From assembly GCA_964470645.1 (NCBI GenBank), contig CAYYDP010000002.1, positions 1 to 60,506 of the forward strand: DNA of 60,506 nucleotides, given 5' to 3'. This DNA comes from an uncultured Gammaproteobacteria bacterium (lineage in GTDB: Bacteria; Patescibacteriota; Patescibacteriia; CAYYDP01). A program made the translations under genes and the position numbers. The notes below the pieces were generated by a model. The model saw nothing but the letters and a program-made list of their open reading frames with translations, was not told where the DNA came from and searched no databases. Shown in pieces: positions 19,315 through 29,063 of this stretch. Within the stretch, counting starts at the first letter, position 1, and the number at the start of each line of letters is the position of its first letter.

Positions 19315-19863
19315 TTATGCAATAGTACCCTGCTCGATATGCTTTTTCAATTGTTCCGCTGCTTTTCGTCGGAGACCGATATCATGAAGTTCTTCCTGCG
19401 TCATTTCGGCAAATGTTTTGGTTGAACCTTCAGGCTGAAAGATTGGATCCCACCCAAAACCGTTCGTCCCCCTCGGAACAACAATCGTTCCCCGAACAGA
19501 GGATTCAAAATAATGGAGATCATCTTCCGATTCAGCGTACCCGAGAATCACACTTACCGTAACGCCAAAATTCCCAAACCCCTTTGCAATTGCATACAGC
19601 CCATCATTGCCAACGGATTTCAAAAACCAACGAATAAACGGTCCCGGAAGTCCGTTCATACAGTCAAATACAACAGATGTGTCTTCAACGAGAATAGGTG
19701 CCGACAATTGTCTCAATGCTTCTTTCAATTTTTCTTCTATCACCTTCTTTGGGTCAATTTCTTGAATCTCAGGCAAATCAATATCTGCTTGAACCAAATC
19801 AGGCAAGAATGTTTTCATTTGATCGAATTTCCCTTTGTTACCAGTGATGAATGAAAGCGGCAT
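19315..19863 (-). CDS. rdgB: Non-canonical purine NTP pyrophosphatase (RdgB/HAM1 family)
   Basis: Motifs FITGNKGKF, LPEIQ and GFGWDPIF are present. ATG at 19863 is preferred over GTG at 19887, which overlaps the 21-bp repeat. Confidence 0.85.
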   Translation of the reverse strand: MPLSFITGNKGKFDQMKTFLPDLVQADIDLPEIQEIDPKKVIEEKLKEALRQLSAPILVEDTSVVFDCMNGLPGPFIRWFLKSVGNDGLYAIAKGFGNFGVTVSVILGYAESEDDLHYFESSVRGTIVVPRGTNGFGWDPIFQPEGSTKTFAEMTQEELHDIGLRRKAAEQLKKHIEQGTIA

Positions 19864-19885
19864 ATATCTCAAATGTGTTGTTCCC

Positions 19886-19906
19886 ACATTCCTAGGATAG
19901 TTACAA
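19886..19906. repeat. 21-bp perfect direct repeat, copy 1 (acattcctaggatagttacaa)
   Basis: It is identical to 20243-20263 and contains the palindromic core tcctagga. The two copies flank the arsR-like gene. Confidence 0.9.
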
Positions 19907-19911
19907 TGAAA

Positions 19912-20199
19912 TTATATTTTCACTGAAAGCATGTCCCGCGCTCGGGATGTTACTTGATATCCGATAGATTGTCCGTGACGGACACGTTCAACTAATTCCG
20001 ATTGATCAAGGATCTGCAGGTGGCGGGACGCGAGTTTATATGAAATCTTAAACCGTTTTGCGAGATCAACAACAGAAAACGATTCCGGTCGCTCCTGGCT
20101 TGCCAAAAAAGAAAGCAATAACATCCTTCTCTCATTCGACAAGGCTTTGTGAACCTTTGCGGTTTCTCGGTACGCTTTACTGTCAGTTGGAATTACCAT
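19912..20199 (-). CDS. ArsR/SmtB-family wHTH regulator
   Basis: HKALSNERRMLLLSFLA and VVDLAKRFKISYKLASRHLQILDQSELV are typical of the ArsR family. Confidence 0.75.
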   Translation of the reverse strand: MVIPTDSKAYRETAKVHKALSNERRMLLLSFLASQERPESFSVVDLAKRFKISYKLASRHLQILDQSELVERVRHGQSIGYQVTSRARDMLSVKI

Positions 20200-20242
20200 A
20201 CATGAAAATTAAACGAGATAGCAATCATCCTTTCTCATTGTA

Positions 20243-20263
20243 ACATTCCTAGGATAGTTACAA
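20243..20263. repeat. 21-bp perfect direct repeat, copy 2, overlapping the arsR promoter
   Basis: On the minus strand it reads ttgtaactatcctaggaatgt, immediately followed by TACAAT (a candidate -10). Confidence 0.9.
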
Positions 20264-20292
20264 CAAGAGCTGAGATTATTGTAATACGAACC

Positions 20293-20844
20293 TTATCGGT
20301 ATGGTGAATCGTTAGTATCCGTCATTCGACTTCCTAATCTTGGCAATAACCACCGGTCAATTCCCCAATACCCAGCAGTTCGCCACGCAATCATAAGGAG
20401 AATTGCTCCGAGGAATAAGACAGGATTGGTTGAGGCAGAACCCGCGAGCATGTAATTGAAATTCATAAGGGCTCCAAAAAACGCCGTGATCCCCACAATC
20501 GCGCCAACAATCAAACCAATGCCCACCAACAGTTCCCCAACAGCCACAAACTTCGCAAACCAGGTGTAGTGTTCTCCGTGAAGCAAGAACTCCAAAAACG
20601 AACGATACCAATCGTACGTGATCAAGGGTTTTGCTGACGCGTCGGGAATCGCGACCGACTTTTCCCAAAATCCTTTGAGCGCGAGACCAGTTTTCATCCA
20701 CTTTGGGTCGCCAATCTTGTGCCACCCGGCCTCAACCCACTGCCAACCGACGTAGACCCGAACCACGAGCCAGGCCCAAGTCCATTTACCCGTTCCCGCG
20801 AACATATTTTGAAGCCAACGTGGATTTGTAAGTGTTGTGTACAT
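20293..20844 (-). CDS. DoxX-family membrane protein
   Basis: It has four predicted TM segments and the motif LVVRVYVGWQWVEAGWHKI, similar to the DoxX/DoxD family. Confidence 0.55.
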   Translation of the reverse strand: MYTTLTNPRWLQNMFAGTGKWTWAWLVVRVYVGWQWVEAGWHKIGDPKWMKTGLALKGFWEKSVAIPDASAKPLITYDWYRSFLEFLLHGEHYTWFAKFVAVGELLVGIGLIVGAIVGITAFFGALMNFNYMLAGSASTNPVLFLGAILLMIAWRTAGYWGIDRWLLPRLGSRMTDTNDSPYR

Positions 20845-20847
20845 AAA

Positions 20848-21372
20848 TCAATGTATATTCTTCATTGTATATGTTTGTTTGGGAAAATACCAAATCCTCA
20901 ATACCGTGAACACGTAATGCGCGACAATGGAACCAAGAAGCGAGCCAGTGAGCCACAGGGGGATGAAAAAGGTAATCCCATAACAAAAAATGACAACCGC
21001 CGTGAGGGTCTTGTCTTTAAAATTCAACGAATGGATGAATGCAAACGCAAGCGTTGTCCACAACCAACCGATCGTCACAGCTAACAATCCACGAAAAAAG
21101 AGCTCTTCTGCAACAGAGATCAATAATGGTTTCCACGTGTACCGTTCTACAAACGAAGCACCATGATACGAATTGTGATACTCTTGCATGAATCGCCGTG
21201 AGCGATCGAATTGCTTTACAAAAAACCACGTCAAGAAAAAATCGACAACCCCAATGATTAACCCAATGTCAATTGACGCTGCAATATTGGGTCCAAACAC
21301 CAAAGGACGAATCGTTGAGAAGAAGAATAATGAAACCGTTAAGATACAGAGTTCAAAAACGATAACGATCAT
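20848..21372 (-). CDS. CPBP-family intramembrane glutamic endopeptidase (CAAX protease-like)
   Basis: Motifs VAEELFFRGLL and FAFIHS are present. Confidence 0.75.
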   Translation of the reverse strand: MIVIVFELCILTVSLFFFSTIRPLVFGPNIAASIDIGLIIGVVDFFLTWFFVKQFDRSRRFMQEYHNSYHGASFVERYTWKPLLISVAEELFFRGLLAVTIGWLWTTLAFAFIHSLNFKDKTLTAVVIFCYGITFFIPLWLTGSLLGSIVAHYVFTVLRIWYFPKQTYTMKNIH

Positions 21373-21374
21373 AC

Positions 21375-22961
21375 TTATAGTGATGGCTCTGGTGAAGGTG
21401 CTAAAGAAGAAATCTCAGGTGGAACGTAGTCTTTAAACATTTGAAGAAGGTCTCTGCGCTCTAAGAGATCGTTTCGCGCGCGCAGGCGCGAGAAATGCGC
21501 GGAACGCCAATCAGAGACTTCTGGACTTGATAATCGGTATTCAAGTCGCTCCCACAATTGACGACCTAGTTCTCCGCGCACTGTCTCGTCCTGAATCTTC
21601 CCGCTTTCAAACAGCGTGACAAGTGAAGGCACCACATCATTGGAAAGCACGCTCAAGTACGACGTATCAAATTGATTTCCGTTCAAGTAACGCTTGATGT
21701 TTTGGTTCACGATAAATCGGTCAGGACTGACAATATTAATCCCGACAAGGAACACGATAATGCTCGTGAACACAATCTTCAGAAAGACATCATCGCGTTT
21801 GTTCATCAACAATTTACCAATGAGCAAAATGAATGTGAGTGTGAGCCAAATGAGAAATACATGTACAAAAAACCGAGGGCGTGTAAACCCGTATGCTTCT
21901 TCGTAGAGCCATAACCGCTGGAACGAGGAAACCATAACAACGAGTGTTTGCAGGGCAAGAAGAGAAGAAAGAATACGGAACGTGAGCGGGTACGATTCCC
22001 CTTTCTTCACAACCACCTTTTCAGAAACCCAAATCAATGCAAACGCAATCACCGCAACCACCACCAGCTCAAAGAATCCTTTTCTCGCATACTCCGCGTA
22101 GGTGAGTCCCAGCTCAACCAGCTTTTCTTTTCCACTGAAGAAATAGGATACCTGAATCAAGATGAAACAAGTGAACAACCCATTGACTAATCCCAAAAAC
22201 GAACCAAGTTCGAGCGAACCCAGACGACGCACGTTGGAAGATTGGGGAAACAACCGGGCAACATTCGGCTGCACACCTCCCACAATATATCCCAACGCGC
22301 CCGAGAACAAGATCGTAAGAATAAAAACGATGAGGATTCGCGCAATCACATTCACATCGATTGAAAACGAAAAGATAGCTTGGGTGTATTGGGCAAACAC
22401 CATATCGCCTGAGGCGAATAGAAGCGTAAACACCACGAGGACTGGAAACGCCATGAGAACACCAACAAGAATCTGTTTAACACGTTTGTGACGAGTTGAA
22501 TCTTCTTGTGCCCTAAACACCCCGTTCAGCACTGCCCCGCTTCGATTGAGGAACGCGAATGGCAGTATCACCACAGGCCAAAGGTAATCAGACACTGTTG
22601 CGCGAACACGAGTACCCGCGATTATGTCCACGCAATACACCAACAAATACACAATCATCACCACATTGAGAAAGGACAAAAAACCATTCGAACGAACAGC
22701 TAGCATGCCAGAAAAAAACAGCATCGCGCACATAACTACCACCAACTCCATGGAAAATCTCTTTTGAGAACGTTGCGAGAACACGATCGCCGCGATGAGG
22801 ATCAAAACCACAACTATCACTGCGTTGATTCCAAGATACACACCATAAAGCAGATACTGCGCCACAAGCGCCAATGTCAGTGAGACCAACAAAATGGACC
22901 GATGATGGGTCAATGTTGTATTTCCCTTGATATGATTCCAAACATTCAATAGGAATGTCAT
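21375..22961 (-). CDS. Large polytopic membrane protein (DUF4153/DUF4173-like, tentative)
   Basis: It has at least 10 hydrophobic segments followed by a soluble C-terminal region. The family name is tentative. Confidence 0.45.
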   Translation of the reverse strand: MTFLLNVWNHIKGNTTLTHHRSILLVSLTLALVAQYLLYGVYLGINAVIVVVLILIAAIVFSQRSQKRFSMELVVVMCAMLFFSGMLAVRSNGFLSFLNVVMIVYLLVYCVDIIAGTRVRATVSDYLWPVVILPFAFLNRSGAVLNGVFRAQEDSTRHKRVKQILVGVLMAFPVLVVFTLLFASGDMVFAQYTQAIFSFSIDVNVIARILIVFILTILFSGALGYIVGGVQPNVARLFPQSSNVRRLGSLELGSFLGLVNGLFTCFILIQVSYFFSGKEKLVELGLTYAEYARKGFFELVVVAVIAFALIWVSEKVVVKKGESYPLTFRILSSLLALQTLVVMVSSFQRLWLYEEAYGFTRPRFFVHVFLIWLTLTFILLIGKLLMNKRDDVFLKIVFTSIIVFLVGINIVSPDRFIVNQNIKRYLNGNQFDTSYLSVLSNDVVPSLVTLFESGKIQDETVRGELGRQLWERLEYRLSSPEVSDWRSAHFSRLRARNDLLERRDLLQMFKDYVPPEISSLAPSPEPSL

Positions 22962-23226
22962 AGAGGAAGTTGTGCTAGATACTATCTAAGACGGGTGGTA
23001 CAACGCTCTTGTTACACATCATTATGGTATACTAAATGTATGGAGAATTCAAAGAGTATCTCGCCCAGACCGGAACGTCGTGAGCAACCTTTGCTTCTAG
23101 ATGCTTTGCCGCTCAAGAACTATGTCTATCAGAAAAATTACGAACGGCTCTCAAATACTCCAATGAGGCGAGGATTGTTTGGAAAACCATGATGACAAAT
23201 CGCCCTACGTTAATCTTTCCATACTC

Positions 23227-23255
23227 TTGACTTTTATAAAGCTCCGGTTTATTAT
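23227..23255 (+). promoter_or_regulatory. Sigma70-like promoter, near-leaderless AAA ATPase mRNA
   Basis: TTGACT (23227-23232), a 17-nt spacer, then TATTAT (23250-23255). The ATG is at 23264, only 8 nt after the -10 box. Confidence 0.5.
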
Positions 23256-23263
23256 AGTCATAT

Positions 23264-24490
23264 ATGTATATATCTCGTAATCTTGAAAAGACGCTCCTTT
23301 CCCTCGCTAAATCATTTCCCGTTCTCCTCCTGACCGGCCCGCGGCAGGTTGGGAAAACCACGCTTTTGGAACAGATAGGGAAACGCCTGCACTTGGGGTA
23401 TGTTTCGCTTGATGAATTCGAGATTCGCTCAAGCGCCCAACGGGACCCCGGGCTTTTTTTGCACCAACACCCTGCTCCGCTCATTATTGATGAAATCCAA
23501 TACGCGCCCGAGCTTCTTTCGTATATCAAAGTCCGAGTCGACCAGTCGCAACGCAAAGGTACATACTGGCTGACTGGTTCACAACAGTTCCATCTCATGA
23601 AAGGCGTTTCCGAATCTCTCGCTGGCAGAATCGCTATTGTCAATCTGCTCGGACTTTCCGTTGCAGAAGAAACACCAACAAAAAGACCAAAAAAACCTCT
23701 CATCCCTCTTGAAGCGTTCGCGCAACAATCATTCCCGCCACCGGACATTACCGCCCTATTCTCGCGCATTCTTCGCGGAAGTTATCCTCGCCTAGCGCTC
23801 CCTGATGCACCGCCACTCGAAACCTTTTATGGTTCCTATGTGCGAACGTACCTCGATCGGGATATTCGCGACTTGATGAGGGTATCGCTACTCCCCCAAT
23901 TCGAGACATTTATCCGCCTATGCGCAGCACGGACGGGTCAACTTCTCAATATCGCGGATCTGGCGCGTGACGCGGGAGTCAGTGCTCCCACAGCCCGCGA
24001 GTGGCTCAATCTTTTAGAAACAAGCGGACAGATTTATTTCCTTCGCCCATATTACCGGAACATCAGCAAACGATTGGTAAAATCTCCAAAACTGTATTTT
24101 CTTGATACCGGACTCGTGAGCTACCTTACTGGATGGAAGACGGCAGAGACCGCACAGCACGGCGCCATGGCCGGCGCGCTGTTTGAAACATTTATCGTTT
24201 CTGAACTGCTCAAATACTACTGGAATCAAGGTATGGAAGCGCCGATTTGGCACTTTCGGACAAAAGAAAAACAAGAAGTCGATATTCTAATTGACCAGGA
24301 TGGAATTCTATATCCCATTGAAATCAAGCTCGCCACTCGCATCAATGAACGAGATCTTGCGGGAATGAAGCAGTTGAAAAAAGCAACCGTTTCCTCCGGA
24401 TACGGCGCGGTGGTGTGCGCAACCGCGACCCCTTACGCGATTGATACATTGACTCAAGCCATTCCCTATACTTGTATTGAGCGATGGTAG
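23264..24490 (+). CDS. AAA-family ATPase with DUF4143-like C-terminal domain
   Basis: It has the Walker A motif LLLTGPRQVGKTTLL. The architecture is shared with 52500-53687. Confidence 0.7.
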   Translation: MYISRNLEKTLLSLAKSFPVLLLTGPRQVGKTTLLEQIGKRLHLGYVSLDEFEIRSSAQRDPGLFLHQHPAPLIIDEIQYAPELLSYIKVRVDQSQRKGTYWLTGSQQFHLMKGVSESLAGRIAIVNLLGLSVAEETPTKRPKKPLIPLEAFAQQSFPPPDITALFSRILRGSYPRLALPDAPPLETFYGSYVRTYLDRDIRDLMRVSLLPQFETFIRLCAARTGQLLNIADLARDAGVSAPTAREWLNLLETSGQIYFLRPYYRNISKRLVKSPKLYFLDTGLVSYLTGWKTAETAQHGAMAGALFETFIVSELLKYYWNQGMEAPIWHFRTKEKQEVDILIDQDGILYPIEIKLATRINERDLAGMKQLKKATVSSGYGAVVCATATPYAIDTLTQAIPYTCIERW

Positions 24491-24525
24491 GTATACATCA
24501 TTTTCACTCAGAACAGTATCGTTCT

Positions 24526-25065
24526 ATGAAAGCTCAAAATCTCGCAACCTTCGCTTCTGGATGTTTTTGGTGCACGGAAGCGATATTCCAAAACCTCAAA
24601 GGAGTCGAACGCGTAATCTCAGGGTACACCGGAGGAGATATTCCAAATCCAACCTATGAGCAAGTCTGCTCTGGTTCAACCAACCATGCGGAAGCGGTAC
24701 AGATTACGTTTGATCCCAATGTGATTTCATATGAACAATTACTCGATGTCTTTTTTCACACCCATAATCCAACAACATTGAATCGTCAGGGAAATGACGT
24801 GGGGACGCAATACCGCTCCTCAATCTTTTATCACTCAGAAGAACAGCGGGAGGCCGCTGAGAAGATGAAACAGAAATTCAACGAAGCACAAGAATTTGAT
24901 AATCCTATCGTGACTGGAATTGTCCCCTTCTCCGCCTTTTATCCCGTCGAGCAGTATCATCAAAACTATTACAAAGAAAACTCCTCAAAACCCTACTGTC
25001 AAATTGTCATCTCTCCAAAACTAAAACACTTCCGCGAACGATACGCTGAGCTATTGAAGAAATGA
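24526..25065 (+). CDS. msrA: Peptide methionine (S)-S-oxide reductase
   Basis: ATFASGCFWCTEAIF and GYTGGDIPNPTYEQVCSGSTNHAEAV are present. ATG at 24526 is preferred. Confidence 0.9.
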   Translation: MKAQNLATFASGCFWCTEAIFQNLKGVERVISGYTGGDIPNPTYEQVCSGSTNHAEAVQITFDPNVISYEQLLDVFFHTHNPTTLNRQGNDVGTQYRSSIFYHSEEQREAAEKMKQKFNEAQEFDNPIVTGIVPFSAFYPVEQYHQNYYKENSSKPYCQIVISPKLKHFRERYAELLKK

Positions 25066-25179
25066 TAATTATTCAAATATTCAAACGAATCTTTAAACAA
25101 CGCATTCGTGCTTTTACCCAATCCGCAAAATCACTTCCTCGGTCGACATAACATCGCAGTAACATTGACTTACAATCAT

Positions 25180-25899
25180 TTACTTCCACGCTATAAAACC
25201 CACATGAGGAGGGTCAGTGAGATATTTTTTCCAAAATACGGCACCGAATCTTTTGATTCCTTCTGGATTTGGTTTCAACATTCTCCAAGAAACGTTTGAA
25301 AAACCACCATCATGCGCTCCTGTTTCATAATCACTTTGACTAAAGTTTTTACTCGTAGCAGAACATAAAAATTTGTTGTTTCTATCAAAAAATTCAACCT
25401 TAACTTTTTTGTTTTTCAGAGGTGTATACCGACGGCGGTGCCAGAACTCGTTAAAATGGGAAAAATCTGGGTTTCTAACAACGGAAATGAATACTCCTCC
25501 ATTCTTCAAAAGTTTGCAGGTTGAGGAGAAAAAGAGAGCCAAATATCTTCGCGAAGGCGCATACGGAAGCGACATAACCGACACCGCGTCATCGAATTTC
25601 CCCGTGCTTTTGAACTTCCGTGGATCTGAGATGAAATAATCAATCCCAAACGGATGTTGGTGCTCCCTCTGTTTCGCAATGGCTATCTGTTTCGATGAAC
25701 GATCATATCCAACAACACTCGCCCCTTTCGAGGCGAGAAGGCGGGCTAATGTTCCCTCGCCACATCCAACGTCGAGAGCATGTTTGTCGTTGGCGGCGCC
25801 GATTTCATCAAGAATAAAAGGATATGATACGTACCGTAAGACAGGATCATCGTTCACGAACGATGCATATTGATGAACGATTGGATCATATCGGTTCAT
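25180..25899 (-). CDS. Class I SAM-dependent methyltransferase
   Basis: It carries motif I ALDVGCGEGTLARLLASKGASVVGYDRS. Confidence 0.75.
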   Translation of the reverse strand: MNRYDPIVHQYASFVNDDPVLRYVSYPFILDEIGAANDKHALDVGCGEGTLARLLASKGASVVGYDRSSKQIAIAKQREHQHPFGIDYFISDPRKFKSTGKFDDAVSVMSLPYAPSRRYLALFFSSTCKLLKNGGVFISVVRNPDFSHFNEFWHRRRYTPLKNKKVKVEFFDRNNKFLCSATSKNFSQSDYETGAHDGGFSNVSWRMLKPNPEGIKRFGAVFWKKYLTDPPHVGFIAWK

Positions 25900-25900
25900 A

Positions 25901-27049
25901 TCATTTTTCTAGTGGTATGATGGTTCCGTTTCTTACGGTCTTCAACGAATATTCTCTCACGCCGTCGCCGTTTTGATCGATAGTAATGGGACCCGAGATG
26001 CCTTCATATTGCTTCACCTGATAAAGATATTTTCTGATTCGTTCAATATCAAGACCGTTTTCCGCAATTGCGTCTGTGATGAGATATACTGCGTCGGCGC
26101 TTTCTGCGGTATAAAATCCGTAGGGCAATTCTTGAGTACCATAGGCCGCATTATATCTCTCGATAAATCGTTTTGTTTTTTGGTTTTCCGTATCGAAGTC
26201 GGGCAACGCGAGAATAAACCCTTCATAGAGATTCGGAATTTGGCGAATATTGACGGGGATTCCAGCAACATCATTGCCGAATAACTGGGCTTTGATCCCG
26301 ATTTCATTAACTTGTTTCATAAAATTCAGAGCTGCGTCGGGACTTTGGGCAGAGAGAAAGAGCGCGTCAATATGTTCGGCCTTTGCTTTTGTTAAAAGCG
26401 TTCTAAAGTCAGTAACTCCCGGGGCATACCCTTCATACAACTCGATCAAACCTCCCAATCGGACAAATTCTTCCTTGAGTCTTTCGGCAATAGGACTGGC
26501 GTAATCGGTTTGTTCGTAGATAATCGCCATTGTTTCTAGCCCCAAGGTGTTCCGCGCAACATCTGCTATTAAATGAGATTGCACAATTGAAACGGGAGAT
26601 GTGCGAAAGACATAATCCCCCATGGGTGTTAGTGCTGGACTCGTGGTGATGGAGGCGAGCATGATGACGTTATTTTTCTCTGCGATTGGAGCAATCGCAA
26701 TACTTTCAGGAGTGCAGTGGCCTCCAAGGATGATGTTTACATTATCAATGTTGATGAGTTTATTTGCCGCGTTGGTCGCCGCGCTTGAATTACATTTTCC
26801 ATCCTCAGCGATAAGCTCGATCTGAGTTCCATTGATTCCACCGTTGGCGTTGATCTCTTCCGCCGCAAGTCGAGCAGCTTCGTATGAGCCGTATTTGGCT
26901 ACTGGTCCGGACATTGCGCCGATAAAGCCGAGTTTGATCCGTTCCGTAGGTCCTTGCTTGTAGGGGTCTGCAAGCAGTACAACCGCTATCAGAAAAAAGA
27001 TTACGATAATAGCCAACAAGATTCGATGACGAAAAGTGGCATTAGTCAT
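25901..27049 (-). CDS. Membrane-anchored LivK-type solute-binding protein, P3
   Basis: A TM anchor is followed by IKLGFIGAMSGPVAKYGSYEAARLAAEEINANGGINGTQIELIAEDGKC. ATG at 27049 (MTNATFRH) is preferred. Confidence 0.85.
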   Translation of the reverse strand: MTNATFRHRILLAIIVIFFLIAVVLLADPYKQGPTERIKLGFIGAMSGPVAKYGSYEAARLAAEEINANGGINGTQIELIAEDGKCNSSAATNAANKLINIDNVNIILGGHCTPESIAIAPIAEKNNVIMLASITTSPALTPMGDYVFRTSPVSIVQSHLIADVARNTLGLETMAIIYEQTDYASPIAERLKEEFVRLGGLIELYEGYAPGVTDFRTLLTKAKAEHIDALFLSAQSPDAALNFMKQVNEIGIKAQLFGNDVAGIPVNIRQIPNLYEGFILALPDFDTENQKTKRFIERYNAAYGTQELPYGFYTAESADAVYLITDAIAENGLDIERIRKYLYQVKQYEGISGPITIDQNGDGVREYSLKTVRNGTIIPLEK

Positions 27050-27097
27050 AGAGTGTAATGGATGAGTTGCGCTTACTTTACTCGCTGACGATAATCT

Positions 27098-27127
27098 TTG
27101 ACATGGGTACATGCTATTTGCTTATAT
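27098..27127 (+). promoter_or_regulatory. Sigma70-like promoter for T6
   Basis: TTGACA (27098-27103), a 17-18-nt spacer, then cTTATAT (27121-27127). The TTG start of the track ORF is this -35 box. Confidence 0.5.
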
Positions 27128-27157
27128 TTGCTTTATTTTTTAAAGTCATCTAAAATA

Positions 27158-27907
27158 ATGACGATATCTATGTCAACATACGAAACTTTAAAAAAGGTAC
27201 TCGCGAACCTTGATGTTAACGAAGCGCAAGCTAGTGTGTACTTAAAGTTGTTGGAGCTTGGAGAAGCGAATTACTCGACTCTCGCCCGTTCGACGGGAAT
27301 TAAGCGAACTTCTTTGTATCCGCTTATTGAGAAAATGGAGCGACGCGGTCTGGTGGAGCGTGTGATTGACCATCGGGTACTTCGAGCAATCCAGCCCCAT
27401 ACTGTTTTTGAAAATCTTCAGGATAACAACCTCGCATTCTACCATTCTCTTGGGTTGTTTCGTGAAATCATAAAAACACCTTCATTGCCCACGAAAGTAC
27501 GATTCTATAATGGAAGACGTGGAGTCCAAAAATTACTGCTTGACGAATTGGAAGAGTACCGCAGATCAAAAGAAAAGCAACTCCGAGTCATTGGATCTGC
27601 GCTCGTGTTTCAAAAAGATCCGATCTTTTTTCGTCAATACCAGCAGAAAAGAAAAGAAATCGGTGTTCTTACGAAACTCATCGCGCATCATGATGTGAAG
27701 CCGTATGAACATGAGTACAAACATCTCAACGTTCAAGTGAAATTTTTTACTCACGAAAATAAGTTTGGAAGAGGAAGGATCTCATGTACCCAACGACGTC
27801 TAACCGTCATCAATCTTTTAGGGGATGAAAACGGAATTATTGTTGAAAGCCGTGGGATAGCAGAAGTGTTCGCGTGGTTTTTTGATGCGACGTGGAAGTT
27901 GTTGTGA
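27158..27907 (+). CDS. TrmB-like regulator, paralog T6
   Basis: The wHTH is VNEAQASVYLKLLELGEANYSTLARSTGIKRTSLYPLIEKMERRGLV. It is divergent from P3. Confidence 0.8.
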   Translation: MTISMSTYETLKKVLANLDVNEAQASVYLKLLELGEANYSTLARSTGIKRTSLYPLIEKMERRGLVERVIDHRVLRAIQPHTVFENLQDNNLAFYHSLGLFREIIKTPSLPTKVRFYNGRRGVQKLLLDELEEYRRSKEKQLRVIGSALVFQKDPIFFRQYQQKRKEIGVLTKLIAHHDVKPYEHEYKHLNVQVKFFTHENKFGRGRISCTQRRLTVINLLGDENGIIVESRGIAEVFAWFFDATWKLL

Positions 27908-28082
27908 GGCGTGGTTTGATTTCGTGTCGAATCTCACACAATTACCGAGATGTTCCGTCAATTCTTTTTCTTCGCCTGGCAGTTGTTGAAAGATGTTTGA
28001 TGGTGTGTAGCCACGGATTTGAATGTGTCTTGATGTGATGCAGAACATTGAAACGATGTCCTTTTTATGGTAAACTATCTTC

Positions 28083-28388
28083 ATGAAAGAAGTCCATATT
28101 CCTCAAGAATTGAATCGTTTTTTATGGGATACGAAGCCGGGTGATTTGGATACACAAACGCACAAATCGTTTATCATCGAACGGTTGTTAGAGGAAGGAA
28201 ACCGCCAGGCCGTACATTGGGTTTTAAACGAGTTCTCGCCAAATGATATAGAGGATGTTGTCAGCTCATCTCGTCGAATCCGCTTGAAAACCGCGTTATT
28301 CTGGAAAAATCGCCTAGGGATAACCAAACCCATTCTATGCATGCAGAAACCCTCTACCCCGACACCCGCCACGCCCTGGAGACATTAG
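28083..28388 (+). CDS. Putative antitoxin partner of the AbiEii-like nucleotidyltransferase
   Basis: It is a small ORF immediately upstream of, and overlapping, the NTase gene. The motif LWDTKPGDLDTQTHKSFIIERLLEEGN recurs in such pairs, from memory. The 3' end is uncertain. Confidence 0.45.
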   Translation: MKEVHIPQELNRFLWDTKPGDLDTQTHKSFIIERLLEEGNRQAVHWVLNEFSPNDIEDVVSSSRRIRLKTALFWKNRLGITKPILCMQKPSTPTPATPWRH

Positions 28389-28957
28389 CGAAGGAGAAAA
28401 TGGTTGACGGACTTTATCTCGCTGGGGGAACCGCAACAGCACTTCGGCTTGGACATCGTAAGAGCATTGATCTTGACTGGTTCTCGTCAAAACCATTTTC
28501 AGTTGATGAATTGCTTCAGAAGTTAATTCGCGTAGCCCCATTCGACGTGGCGATCAAAGAAACAAAAACACTCACAGGTCAATGGCTATCTACCCGAGTT
28601 GAATTTTTCGAATACCCATATCCTCTTCTTGAAACAACTGAGACATGGAACGGTGTCAATATAGCCGGATTGCAAGACATCGCGTTGATGAAGCTCATCG
28701 CCATCTCCGATCGCGGGAGCAAAAAAGACTTCATTGATCTTTTCGAGATTTGCAAGACCGCCCTGACATTGGAGTCGCTCTTCTCGCTTCTCCCGAAAAA
28801 GTTTCCTGGTATCAACTTCGATCCATATCATTTGCTTAAATCTCTCGTCTATTTTGAAGATGCGGAACGTGATCCAAATCCCGATCTGATCAAAAACATC
28901 TTATGGAAAACGGTCAAAGAGTTCTTTCTTGATCAAGCAAGGCTGATTAAGTTATAA
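28337..28957 (+). CDS. AbiEii/DUF1814-like nucleotidyltransferase (short form)
   Basis: LYLAGGTATALRLGHRKSIDLDWFS resembles the AbiEii NTase motif. Confidence 0.6.
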   Translation: MHAETLYPDTRHALETLAKEKMVDGLYLAGGTATALRLGHRKSIDLDWFSSKPFSVDELLQKLIRVAPFDVAIKETKTLTGQWLSTRVEFFEYPYPLLETTETWNGVNIAGLQDIALMKLIAISDRGSKKDFIDLFEICKTALTLESLFSLLPKKFPGINFDPYHLLKSLVYFEDAERDPNPDLIKNILWKTVKEFFLDQARLIKL

Positions 28958-28985
28958 CTAATTCGCATCTGCCTGTTTGAATTAC

Positions 28986-29047
28986 CAAATTGTCATCTCT
29001 CCAAAACTAAAACACTTCCGCGAACGATACGCGGAACTGATTCGTTA
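28986..29047 (+). repeat. Duplicated msrA 3' terminus (gene fragment)
   Basis: Positions 28986-29032 are identical (47 of 47) to 25000-25046. The similarity continues to a stop codon (…RYAELIR* versus …RYAELLKK*). Confidence 0.9.
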
Positions 29048-29063
29048 ATATCTACTAAGAGCG

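Noticed and set aside
23113-23769. A 218-aa minus-strand ORF in the ORF track. The same applies to many other 60-130-aa ORFs antisense to recognised genes, such as 872-1114, 1476-1805, 20357-20725 and 55702-56067.
   Set aside because: These ORFs lie antisense to, or out of frame within, genes with clear family motifs. They show no motifs of their own and are typical shadow ORFs.
27098-27157. Long N-terminal extensions given by the ORF track, such as T6 from TTG 27098, P1 from TTG 9293, valS from 3605 and the response regulator from 29585.
   Set aside because: The extensions overlap predicted promoter boxes, a terminator U-tract or the neighbouring gene. They also add residues absent from the paralogs, so internal ATGs were preferred.
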